Shown here piece after piece: positions 51,811-64,000 of a stretch of DNA of 64,000 bases. The notes under the pieces are model-generated. The model was not told the origin of the DNA and did no database searches. It saw only the letters and a program-made list of their open reading frames with translations. Source of the stretch: Rhynchobatus australiae. Taxonomy: Eukaryota. The stretch lies in NCBI GenBank assembly GCA_034780895.1, contig JAUZTB010000057.1, forward strand, positions 14,913,756 to 14,977,755, given 5' to 3'. Numbering within the stretch: the first letter of the stretch is position 1; each line of letters opens with the position of its first letter. The position numbers were made by a program, and so were the translations under genes.

Positions 51811-54800
51811 GAGTCTCTCCTTTGCCAAGCTGTCCAAGAATCTGCATCCATGAGATCATCTCCCAAATCGTACGTATGTCATTCATTCTTTTGTGAGAGA
51901 AAAGCACTCTTAATCCGTGAAGAAATTGAGTGAAACCTCCCACAGGGTAAAGTAAGCCACCTGATCTTTGTCCTCCAGACTGAGTAGTGTCTCTAACAAG
52001 CTGCCCTAGACCAAGTACTTGCTTTCTCCTGGTGCCTTGTGGAAGAATCCAGTAATGGAGTGTTGCACTGCACTTACTCATTATTGATGAAGTCCACAGA
52101 GAATTTCCAGAATAAATATTCTATAGTCTTGATAAACACCTGCCACATTGTCCCAGAAAGTCTTTTGATAAGCTTTAGAGCTCCTCTCCTCACCTTTAAG
52201 TGACATGTAAATATGAACTGGTAAGTACGTCTTTAAGTACCACTTGAAACCAAAATCACCACAGTGTTTCCTCCCAAGCAGCTGGAAATGAATTGGGTCC
52301 AGCACATGACATTAGGATTCTGCCCTAGCTCATTAATGAGTGGTAATAGACACCTTCAGGAATAGCCCCAGGGTAGCCATTTTTTTTATAATATTATATC
52401 TTGCAGGAAACATGGCTACAGCAACTGTTTCACCTCCAGGACCCACCTTGGAGGATCATTGGCACCCAAACACATCACCAAAAAAAAACCTCCCCTAAAA
52501 CTCAAGTCTTTGATGGATAGCTGACTTGTGGAGTCAAAGATTGTTTGGTGTAATGGCAAAATTGACTCAGACATATAGGTAAGTTCAATGGTGTGTTTTG
52601 TCTAAAAATCAATTAAATTTTAGGCCTTTCTTTTTAGAAGTATTGCTACTTTTATACAGAGCCATGGTGCTGAAGCATCTTTGGAATTCAAAGCTGGTGG
52701 ACATATTACTTTAAATCAATTTCTTTTAATAGATTTTTAGTAGCTTATCCTGAAAGAGTTCATGGCTGACAGTTGACTTTATCATGTTTGTGTCTTTTTT
52801 TGTAAGTAAATTTTGATTGGCTGACGTAACAATTTCCAAATCATTTCGATTTCCATCAGTGAAGAATGTGAACCAATCAAAGCTCTTCTTCCTGTACTTG
52901 GATGCTAAAGGTCTGCAAGTGCATATCTGATGCTTGTCTGTGCATGTATTACTCTGCATAAGTAAAGGTGTGATGCTGTGTCAATATAATACAAAATTAG
53001 TACATGGTTAAAAATATATTTTAAACTATTTTCATTTTGTGTATTACCATTATTTATCTATTCTACAAATCACTCTTCTAAGCTACATTTNNNNNNNNNN
53101 NNNNNNNNNNNNNNNNNNNNNNNNNNNNNNNNNNNNNNNNNNNNNNNNNNNNNNNNNNNNNNNNNNNNNNNNNNNNNNNNNNNNNNNNNNNNNNNNNNNN
53201 NNNNNNNNNNNNNNNNNNNNNNNNNNNNNNNNNNNNNNNNNNNNNNNNNNNNNNNNNNNNNNNNNNNNNNNNNNNNNNNNNNNNNNNNNNNNNNNNNNNN
53301 NNNNNNNNNNNNNNNNNNNNNNNNNNNNNNNNNNNNNNNNNNNNNNNNNNNNNNNNNNNNNNNNNNNNNNNNNNNNNNNNNNNNNNNNNNNNNNNNNNNN
53401 NNNNNNNNNNNNNNNNNNNNNNNNNNNNNNNNNNNNNNNNNNNNNNNNNNNNNNNNNNNNNNNNNNNNNNNNNNNNNNNNNNNNNNNNNNNNNNNNNNNN
53501 NNNNNNNNNNNNNNNNNNNNNNNNNNNNNNNNNNNNNNNNNNNNNNNNNNNNNNNNNNNNNNNNNNNNNNNNNNNNNNNNNNNNNNNNNNNNNNNNNNNN
53601 NNNNNNNNNNNNNNNNNNNNNNNNAGTAGAGCTCAGTATAATTCTCTACACATTCCTGCTGTATTGTTCAACCAAAATTTGCTTGTCATTAGCACTGCTG
53701 GAAAACATCCTGCAATACTCAGTTTTATTCATCTTTTTTGTACAAGCATAAGTGCTCACCGTTTAAAATATTTTGTCAATTAATAATGTTATCTTTGGTA
53801 GCATCTGGAAAATGCTTCTCTAAAACTTCCTAATTTTCAGTACTGAAAACCAAAATGAAAATTAACTAGAACAAAGTCTGTAGGTACATCAAACCTACCC
53901 ACCCACCCCATCACCCATGTTTATCTTTACAGATGTTGAATAGGAAAGATTTCAACAACATCTTTACATGGACAGTGTCCTATAAAAAGCAGAGATCTTT
54001 TTTGTGCCTTTTAGAAACATTCAGAATGTTAATATTCCTGGAGATGTTTAAGTGTTCCATTCTCAATCTAGTGTTTCATTGATAAAAAAAATCTTTTGAA
54101 TCTTACCCACCAACTGTGCCATTAATTAATAGAACTGTAAACCTCTTGCATAGTAACAGTAAAACTAAAATGGCAGAGAAGGACAATCGAAATAAAGCAA
54201 CGGAAATGTAATTTGGAATAAATAATTGCTATCCACTTTTCACGTATAAAAGCTTTTAACATATGTGTTAAAGACATTTTCCCAATCCATACATGTATAC
54301 CAAACAAATTCAGATGGTGTCATGTTGTACAGGAAAGAAAGAGTTAATGAATATGAAGGACCTTAAAATGTAAGAGCAACACAGCCCAAGAAATTGTTCA
54401 GTTTACCAGAAGCAATTAATGGAAAACAGATTAATGAACAACTGAATGAAAAACATATTGGAGAAAAATGCTATTGTTAATAGAGTGCAGCCTTTTGCAA
54501 CAAATAATGTCCCAAAATGAAAGCTCCAGAGACCAATAAAAAATCTTCAAGTCAAAATCCAACTTTTAGCAACATTGGACTTCAATATTCTGCTGCTACA
54601 TAGTCTAGACATTCAGTAGTGAGAATGTTACCTGACTAGATAAATAAAAAGAGTCAGTAATGCATACTGGAGAGCACGGTGTTCCATTTCTGAAAAATAA
54701 AATTATTTTGAACCATACAGAAATGAAGCTTTCTACATAGACAAAATCTAAATTTCTGTTCTCAGGAGAAACTATTATTTTCTACTTTAGCACAGCCATA

Positions 54801-56289
54801 GGATTATCTCTGGTGATACTCGCACCTCTGGAGATTGCTGGCTTCAAGATGCAGTTCTCTTCAAATCAGGCAAACTAAACTAGTTTAAGTTTACGCATTC
54901 AGAATAATAACTTAGTTTTTCTATGAAAAGAACTTCACTTGCAGTACACATGGTAATTATGCAAATTGTGTCACTTTGAACTGTGAACATATTTTTATTA
55001 AGCTCCAGAATTACAAGTTTACTATCTTATAAACGAGTTTTTCCAAATATTGTGTCAATTATTATGGTTTGAGAAATAGTATTTACATATAAGTTGTTTA
55101 AAAAGGTGCGTATATTACTTACAATGCATGTATCATATATTAAGATGTGCCCTAAAGTGAAAATGAGGTAAAAGAGGTAACTTACGCTGAATTTCCATGT
55201 TATTTGCTTTTGGGGTAGGACTGTGAAAAAACCAACTAGGTCAAGGTGAATAATAAAGAGGAATTGCAATAGATAATCACAGAAGGCATCAATCTCACTT
55301 ATGAAAATTATTCCCTCTCTTGTTTAGAGTTACTCTCATTCTAAAATGTCCTACCTGTTAGTGTCTTGCAAACCACAAAGCATATGGCATGGCATTTTCT
55401 TAGAGCCAACTATATACTTTGAAATAGCTGGTACAGTGTGAAGTACAAAAGACATTACTTCTACATCCCTTCTGTATTACACATACAGTCTGGTTGTGTT
55501 GAACACCACTGTCATATTCCTTCCCACAGCCAAAAATTGAAATACACTTCTCCAATCTGTTAAGGTTACTACAATCTATGTGTGGAAATTCTGTATGTAA
55601 TATTCTTCCCTGGAAATCTATGAGAAACAATTACTTGCAAGCAGTTTATATTTCTTGTCCATTGTTAATTTTCTCTTTTTGATTATTTTTCATTTTGCTA
55701 CCCATAAGCATAATGAAAAATGTAGTTATTTGCATTACTTTATTGTTGGCCCATTCCCAACTGTGTCCGTTGTCAACAGCATCTCTCCTCAGTCAACATC
55801 TGGGCTTTACACATCCTCTGTCTATAAGATCTACCACAAGATAAGTATGGATCTCATTCCTTCTATGACAGAGAGGATCCCCTTCTTGGTCTCAATGAGA
55901 CAGAACACAAATACCGCTCTCCATTCCTCGAGTCTAACTAAGGCAGTGAACTCACGATTCTCATGGTCTCACTAAGACAGAGGCCTCCTGCTATTCCATA
56001 GTGTTGGTGCCCGGATATCCGTTAGCAGAAGCCACTCACTATCGTAAGAGTCAAAAGATTCCTCTGATTCTGCACTGCTAAGAGAAACCGAGAACTCAGT
56101 GGCACAGCAGAAGCCTTACCAGATCAATGGATCAGAAACTAAGCAAACAAGCACCTCGGCCTTTTTACCTATCTTCCAATAAATGATCGTCACTGGGCCA
56201 TTGGATGAAAGGTTCCTACCTAAAAACATTGCCTCAGCAACCACAAGTTATAACACACCAGCTTTTATCTAGTTATTATTCTCTGAATG

Positions 56290-57045
56290 CCTTTGCTGCC
56301 CTAAAAAAATAAGACAGCACATCAATTTCCAGTACTCAATGATATTTCTTCCAATCATAGATTGCCAGAAGCCAATGTCTTTGGTCTCTCCCACAGATTT
56401 ATTTTTCCCAGGTTTTGACTCAATCCTTTTCCTGACAACTGTCTGAGACTGAACTGAATGGCATATAACCTTGATGTCATATTTGATTCTGAGTCTCAGA
56501 CCAAATCAGCAAAACACCCTATTTCACAATGCCTCTATTCATCTGTTTCTGAAACCATAAACAATGTTTTTGTTTCCTCTGAACTTGACTGTCCGGTCTT
56601 CTTCAATCAATCCATAAGGGTCATCAAAAGACTGATTCCCATGTCCTAGCTTATGCCATCTTTTTGACTACATCTCCTTGCTCCCCACCAGGTTTTCAAA
56701 TCCCTCCACATCCTCACCTTTCCTTTCTTCTTTACCACCTCCAGGTCTACAACCCTCCAAATCCCAGTCTTTCTCATATTCAGGCCTGTTGCACACAAAC
56801 AATTTCACCGGCTGCACCACTGGCATCCAGTTGCTTAGCCCCAGAATTCTCTCCCTAAGGTTCTCTGCTGCTTGATCTCTCTGTCCTCCTTTGAGGCACC
56901 TCTTCGACTAAGTTTTTGGTTACAAGGAATAACATCAACTTAAGTGGCCCTTTCCCAAATTGTATTTAGCAACACAGCAAAGAAGCACCTTCTGATATTG
57001 CACAGTGTTAAAGGCACTGTATAATTGTGAGTTGATGTTGATGAT
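56290..57045 (+). mobile_element. L2 LINE 3' portion
   Basis: Degenerate NLDVIFDSE...SETINNVFVSSELDC (L2 RT NLGVIFD..ETLIHAFVTSRLDY) and tail tgttaaaggcactgtataattgtgagttgatgttg. Confidence 0.75.
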
Positions 57046-60000
57046 CCATTTTTTGTGTCTTTCCCTTTCTTGGGCCACAGTTGCTCCTCACAAGATATCT
57101 GAAAAGAGATGTTTGATGAAATTTTTCTCCATGAATAATTTCTCTTTGAAATTATTGGTACCCTATCCCTTGCTCATTGAGTTTAAACTATGATGAGTAA
57201 ACTCCACAAACTGCAAAGTTGCATGATCCTCCATTTTTATTTCAGCCAATTAAGTATTAATGGGGTCTGGTAGACCTGTATATTTTTCAATGGGGAATTT
57301 GCTTAGAAGATCCATTCTTCTGAAGTAAAAACGTTCCATTACAAAAAAAGCTTAGGTTATTTCATTTTTTTTATTTTAAGGGGTTGATACAAGCCGGCTA
57401 ACAAGAACAGAGTGAGTGGTTTTATAACCCACTTTTCTAGGGAAACTATGGAGATAATAAGGAACCTGTAGAAGAAGAGACAATATACTGCTGGATCTCC
57501 AGTAATGTCAACATTTGAGTAAGCTATTAAATGCATATCTTCCTGAGGCTCTGTCCAATAGACTCAAAGCAGACTTTGTAGTTATACTAGCAACAGCTGG
57601 TGCCAATGAAGCACACTTTAATTCTGCAGATGTACCTGCCGGGTGTGTTGAACCATAGCACATTGTTGTTTTCTGCCAATTTCTTTGCAACTTGTTGATT
57701 CACAAATGCCTGGAACCTATTTTGGCAATCTTCCACCTTCGCAATCTGCCGTCACTAGGAGAACAATAGTCCTGTGATGAACTCTGGTAGAGTGTTGTTG
57801 TGGGATAATGTTAAATCTGGATGATGGCCATCCACAGGACTATAAATAAAGTGTAGCTATTTAAAGCCTGTAGTTTAATCCAGGTGTTCCTATTACTTGA
57901 ATGTGTTTTGTTGATGGTTGCCAATGGATTCCCTTCTTGTAGATGTTGAATTTGTCCCTAAATTCCAACCAGAATTGGCTCTTATCAGAAGAAAGGCAGA
58001 ATATTAGCAACCAATTAAAATCACACATGGCTTACTTGAACTAAAACAAAATATAATTTGTTTAATTACTCGACCCAGAAATAATCCATGGATACTATCC
58101 TACCCAAGGCATGTAGGTCAGGGGCATGTATAGCCCCTGATGTTGCTGCTCTATGTAGACTATCCTCTGGTGCAAGCCCTGATTTTAGAAGCCTCCTCTG
58201 AGCTACAGGCAATTGGAATTGGTTGTGATATTGGGCACATCTGATTTTCTGACCATCACAGTGGGAAGGTGGAGAGGGAGGTGAGGAGGGAAGACAGAAA
58301 CGCAAGATGGTGAGAGATGTAGGATTGGTCTGCCCCTTCCTGGCATTTCTTGCACTCTATTAAGCAAATGAAACATGCAGAAATACTTCCATGCTAATTT
58401 TCACATCTCTGCTTTAGGTCTGCCTGTAAAAGCCAAGTGTATAACTGCTGATCAGGCGAGGTTTGTTTTAACTCTCCCTGTCAAAGGAACAGAAGTAGTT
58501 TTATGCTGCATTTCAACTTGCAGTTTTGTGAGGGGATCATAATTCATTGTTCTTGTGTATTATAGTTCTTGGATTTTGTTTTCATTTCCTGGGGCTGCCT
58601 TTTCATAGAATCCTTAATGTTAGTCTTCCAATGATCAAAATATTCCTGCAATGAATATATCCAGGAAGGATGAGTTTATGTGGCTTACTGTGTCCCCATC
58701 CACAGTACTGCATGCTGTGGATAAGGAGGATTACTACGTGAATGGACATCATCTACAATTATAAAGGCCTCTCAGAAGTTATATGCAGTTCTAGGCCTAA
58801 CTAATGATCAATATGTACAGCTCAAGCCACTTCTGTCAGATAGGACTTATCTCCTGCACCTCTATTATCATATCAGGTGTGCAGACTGAAGAATGGCATC
58901 TGCTCCATCCGCCTTTCCGGCAACCTCAAAAACTTGGAGGACTCTGCCTTTGGTGGCCAAGAATGTCCAAAATTGGTTCAACAGGATTTTTACAGGCCAC
59001 CCCCAATGTTGGATGAGTCCTGCATACAAAAACTTCCGCCAAGCTTTACCTACTTCTGCCACCTTAATTTACCATAACCTGAATTGTTTCTGAACATTTG
59101 AGACCTGTCATGAAACAACTGGCACAGAACCAAAGAAGGATACCTGAGATCAAATGGTCAAAAGGCGGTCAAAGCAGCAAGGTTAGAGTCACAGAGAACA
59201 GTAATGGGCTCTTTGGCCAACCATATTCACACCAACTATAAACCAATTATTTGCATTAATCCTATATTAATGCCATTTTCTTTTATTTTGGTTGGGGGGG
59301 CGGAGTATTAGAGGGGGAAGTTCCAGAGGTTTAACTCGGGACAACTGAAGGTGCAATCTGAGCATCTCAGAGGCTGCAGTTAGATCAAGCAAGTAAATTG
59401 TACCTCAGTCATAGTCACCTAGGGTACACTAGTCCTTTACTGTTCTGAAGCTCCAATAAAGATCCAGTCATTCCACGTAACTGTTGCACTATAATCACTT
59501 TCTGATGCATGTTGTGGTTGCTCCAACCTGTTCTTAGCACAAAGCTAGTGGCATGTGCTTTTACCTCAGAAGTGCAGTCCAGTAAGATATCACAAAAGCA
59601 AACAAAAAAATCCCAGACTTCTGAAATGAAAGCAGGACAGGCAGCACTGCGGAGAAAAGCAGAATTAATGTTAGACAGTATCTGTGGAGAGAGAAGCAGA
59701 AGTAATGCATCAGATTGTTGACCTTTTACTAGAATATCCACATTTTCTCTCTGNNNNNNNNNNNNNNNNNNNNNNNNNNNNNNNNNNNNNNNNNNNNNNN
59801 NNNNNNNNNNNNNNNNNNNNNNNNNNNNNNNNNNNNNNNNNNNNNNNNNNNNNTGTCCACAGATACTGCCTGACTTGCCATGCATCTCTAGGACTCCCTG
59901 ATTTGATTTGTCATTAGGGTGAAAGGAATAGAACTTTATGCTGACAGATTCGCGTGAAGAATGGTGGTTGAACTTGGTAAGGATTATAAGCCCTGGTAAG

Positions 60001-60107
60001 GGCCAATTGGCTCAAAGGCCTGGTTCTGTGCTGTATATTTGTAACTTCAGGAATTATTCACCAGTAGCTTCACTCTAATTCATTTTTTTGCTACATTCAT
60101 GAAAACA

Positions 60108-60500
60108 GAAGAACCTAAGAAAATAGGAGCAGCAGTAGGTCACTCAGTCCCCCAAGACTGCCCCGTCGTTCAATGTGATCATGGCTGATCTGCCCCAGGC
60201 CTCTATTCTTCTGTATCAGTTCCCTATGGCCCTCAATTCCCTGACCTTTCAAACATTTATCTAAAATACTGATCTTCTAAACATTTATCTTCTTTAAATA
60301 CTCCCTAGGATCTAGTCTCTACAATCCTCTAGGGTAGGAAATTCCAGGGGTTCATCATCCTCCGCAAGAAGTTCCTAAACACATCAGTTTAAACTGACAT
60401 GCCCCCATTCTTGTACATATGTCCTGTCATTCAAGACTCTCCTGCTAGTTGAAACATCTCAACATCTAGCCTGTCATGCCCCCTAAAGATCTTATATATG
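60108..60500 (-). mobile_element. CR1 3'-end fragment
   Basis: aagaaaataggagcagcagtagg...gttcaatgtgatcatggctgatctg. Confidence 0.8.
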
Positions 60501-61232
60501 CAGTGGGACTTTGACCTGCAAGAAAAGTATTCATGCCCTGTGGAAGGTTAACTATGATAAGAAAAGTTTAACATCCTGGGCAGTCAGTAAGCAGTAGGTG
60601 GGTCCATGCAAGGAGAGAGCTATTCCATGTTAATATACATAGGAACATTCATTTACAATTGACATCTGCTTATTAACAGGTGTTTTAAAGTATCTCCTGT
60701 TAGCTAAATAATTACTTACTGTAGTTTTCTTTTTCAGACAATATCTCACATTTGTGAGTGCCTCTGCAGCCTAGCATTGAACACCAAAGATGAGTAATTA
60801 TTTAGATTTGATTTCATTCAGAATACAAGGCAGTTATTTCCTATTTCAATGCAACCAATGAGCTGTCAGCTCTGAGAGAGTGTCCAGAGGAAGCTCAGCA
60901 GATCCCAGTTGGTAAAGTATTAGGCAGCCCCACAGGAAGTTCAGTATGGAATTTATTTTTGAAGCCTCCATTACAGCAGCTTCAGCTGAGCAATACATCT
61001 CATTAAGTTGTTGAAATGGCTTTTGAGATTCAACTAAACTCCTGCCTAATCGAAGCAAACACCTCAGCAGCCCAGTTTAAAAATAGTTGTGGGGCATGAA
61101 AATATGGTCTGGAGGCTGCTGTGATTTTAGCTCCCTCTGCCCAGTTTCTGGCAATTGGAATCTCCCTCCACCTCAACCTACAAATTGATGAGAGGAGGGA
61201 AAAATAATGGCTTTGAACGTTATAAATTTTAG

Positions 61233-61293
61233 TTATACAGTACGGTAATAGGCCCTTCCGGCCCAATGAGCCCGCGCCGCCCAATTACATCCG
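61233..61293 (-). mobile_element. Young SINE 3'-tail fragment
   Basis: atacagtacggtaataggcccttccggcccaatgagcccgcgccgcccaattaca; same tail as the 45047 copy, CpG-rich. Confidence 0.75.
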
Positions 61294-61760
61294 CAAAGAC
61301 TATCAAGCAACTGACCGTTACTTTAATCAGTAAACCCATGGATATAAGTTGTAAATCACTGATATGTTTTCCACTTGCAGTGCAGAATAAAAAACAAAAT
61401 AGAGAGGCAAGTGCTCAGATAAATACTTCACAAAATGTATTGGTGTTTTCCTTGGCAAGGAAGAGTTTAATAGCTGCACCTGTTGCTCATTNNNNNNNNN
61501 NNNNNNNNNNNNNNNNNNNNNNNNNNNNNNNNNNNNNNNNNNNNNNNNNNNNNNNNNNNNNNNNNNNNNNNNNNNNNNNNNNNNNNNNNNNTATAAAAGG
61601 CATCTGCAAGACTACTAAATGTGTTGATCCATTTTTCCATTAAACTTGCTTCACTTTATTTGTGGCTTCCCGGTGAACAGAATGGCTAATTCTATTGAAA
61701 ACACAGCAACTTCCTTGGAAGGAATGAAATGCAAGTCACAGACTTTCTCAAGTGAACCAC

Positions 61761-61779
61761 CAATGCCCCCTGGTGGTTA
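61761..61779 (-). promoter_or_regulatory. Candidate CTCF binding site
   Basis: Minus strand aaCCACCAGGGGGCAttg matches the CTCF core consensus CCASYAGRKGGCR; motif match only. Confidence 0.5.
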
Positions 61780-62604
61780 TGGGCAGCTTTCCGAGAGTGG
61801 AAGAATGTAACCCTGCGGCATCACATCATATCTGTCAGCCTGCAGGCTAAAGTGCTCTATACTTGTTTTCCGTTTTGCTTTGTCAAGGGGAGGGATCCAG
61901 TAGAAGTGATCAGTTTGATAAAGAACGTACATGATCCAAATAGAGTCCTTCCTGGTTTGCATTAGCAGAGAAACTTATTGCTGTATTCAACAACTGTGNN
62001 NNNNNNNNTAGCAAGTGTTATATAACCCGATTAAAAAGCATTAAATATTAATCTTCAAAAGAACTTTTGACTTATAATTGTTACCTACTTATTAGCTGAC
62101 AGTTGTTTTAAAATAAGTATCTTCAATTGATTAAATATTTAATTTCTGCAGCTTTCTTTCTCATATAATATCTTGCACAGTGCTTCTGATCATCAAAGGT
62201 GAGTAACTTTTAGATTTGATTTAGTTCAAAAAATAAAGGTGTGCATTTCCCATCCATCCAATTAAACCTGTTAATTTATAGTAAAACTTCCTTAGAACCA
62301 CCTAGTGCATTGCCATTGGATAAATGTGTGTATGTTTCTGTGTACTTGTGNNNNNNNNNNNNNNNNNNNNNNNNNNNNNNNNNNNNNNNNNNNNNNNNNN
62401 NNNNNNNNNNNNNNNNNNNNNNNNNNNNNNNNNNNNNNNNNNNNNNNNNNTATGTATTTATACATATGTTCTTAAATCAAAATAAACATCAAGTAACTTT
62501 ACATCAATTTTTAATTGTCCAATTGGTAATTGTCAATAATAATTCAATAAAGAGTATTTTGAAGAGCAGGAAGAAACCTTCCTATTGCCCTAGCTAATAT
62601 TTTT

Positions 62605-62800
62605 TCCTTCACCAAACAGGTTACCTGCTTATTATCTCACTGTACTTCCTGGCACTGTCTTCAAACTGGTTGCTCTGCCTTCCCACATTACAGCATTGCT
62701 ACGCTTCAAAAGTATGTAATTGCTTATACATGTGACATTCTTTGCGATGTTTCAAATTTGTGAAAGGCAATTTGTAAACTCAGGTCTTCTTTCTTCTTCA
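62605..62800 (+). mobile_element. Deu-domain SINE 3' half
   Basis: accaaacaggttacctgcttattatc...ttcccacattacagc...cttcaaaagta...gtgaaaggc. Confidence 0.55.
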
Positions 62801-64000
62801 ATTTTGTTCCACAGTTTAAAAAAAATACACTGTTTACTTAGTTTATCCACTTGACTTACAGGTCCTAAAATTCCCTGGGGTTTTTCCTGGTTTAACATTG
62901 TAAAGTAACCATCAGAACCCCAGAGAAAGTGTGTCAAGCAGCTGAAAACAACTGCACACACTGTATCTACAGGGGTCACAGCAGGACACCGAGAGAAGCT
63001 CTGTGGAATTTCAGAGTCACTNNNNNNNNNNNNNNNNNNNNNNNNNNNNNNNNNNNNNNNNNNNNNNNNNNNNNNNNNNNNNNNNNNNNNNNNNNNNNNN
63101 NNNNNNNNNNNNNNNNNNNNNNNNNNNNNNNNNNNNNNNNNNNNNNNNNNNNNNNNNNNNNNNNNNNNNNNNNNNNNNNNNNNNNNNNNNNNNNNNNNNN
63201 NNNNNNNNNNNNNNNNNNNNNNNNNNNNNNNNNNNNNNNNNNNNNNNNNNNNNNNNNNNNNNNNNNNNNNNNNNNNNNNNNNNNNNNNNNNNNNNNNNNN
63301 NNNNNNNNNNNNNNNNNNNNNNNNNNNNNNNNNNNNNNAGTAATGTGTTGTAAGTAATGCTATGATATGGGATACTTTTGAAACTGGTTTCAGGTTATGA
63401 TCAGAGTTGAAGTCAATGGGGGTAACTAGATATTTACTTATTTATAGAAGAACATTTGATCCTCCTAACAATGAACCACTGGAGTAGTCTCCATATGCTG
63501 AGTCCTCCCCTAGCATCACCCTCTTGCACACAGCTCTTCCATCCATCTCAGTGATAGATGCCAAAGACAATAGAATGTAGAGTTTATCACCTGCCTGCTT
63601 CAGTTTTTCGGTACTTTTTATATTTGTAATATCTAACTTGCCCCCAGCCTCATCCCACACCCACCACCTGTAGTTGAGCCTGGAACCCCCAAAAGTCACC
63701 CTGAAAACTTTAGGAGAGTCAGCCATTCACCTGGTGCTGCCTAGAATCAGTGGATCATGGTCTCCCTGTGGTCTGCAGGGGGTTGGTGGGTTCAGGCACG
63801 TGATCTCCTGGCTGATGGAAGCAAGTTCATCCTGCAGGAGCAGGAGGATCTCAGTCAGCTGCCATCATGCAAAATGCCCACTGATCCCATGGGTGGTGCA
63901 CAGATCCAGCGCTTCTTGCTTCCATTTAGTAATCAAGGATACCAAGACATCATGGGACCATGAGTTATATTGAACACTTCGGTTAAATTTTACAGAACTT

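Noticed and set aside
52078-52139. VFIKTIEYLFWKFS resembling the SH3TC N-terminal VTFKTFEEIWKFS
   Set aside because: Wrong spacing, weak acceptor, and the preceding ELSARLLSI sequence is absent.
58804-59093. Region open in several frames with a VQNWF homeodomain-like word
   Set aside because: The rest of the homeodomain pattern and convincing splice sites are lacking.
1-64000. CRISPR arrays, operons or prokaryotic defence systems
   Set aside because: No regularly spaced repeat-spacer structure or gene-dense segment; the sequence is vertebrate intronic or intergenic DNA.

Overview
AT-rich, repeat-dense vertebrate genomic DNA from a draft scaffold with many N gaps. The repeat content (CR1/HER1-type LINEs, tRNA-derived V-SINE/HE1-like SINEs, Deu-domain SINEs, L2, Penelope-like elements) points to a cartilaginous fish, probably a batoid; this is inferred from recalled repeat consensus sequences. 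The only host-gene feature I can identify confidently is one 123-nt minus-strand coding exon (12962-13084) of SH3TC1 (SH3TC family, TPR region). I could not find its neighbouring exons in the called bases. The rest is intron-like DNA with decayed retroelements, a Gypsy gag-pol relic, two adjacent hairpin (MITE-like) elements, an inverted duplication inside a CR1, Penelope termini with eroded hammerhead-ribozyme cores, and a CTCF-like site. Most ORF-track entries are noise or run through gaps. I found no prokaryotic-type system, CRISPR array, rRNA or tRNA gene, and I cannot support a claim of a new biological system. The findings are leads only. Repeat boundaries are approximate (tens of bp).
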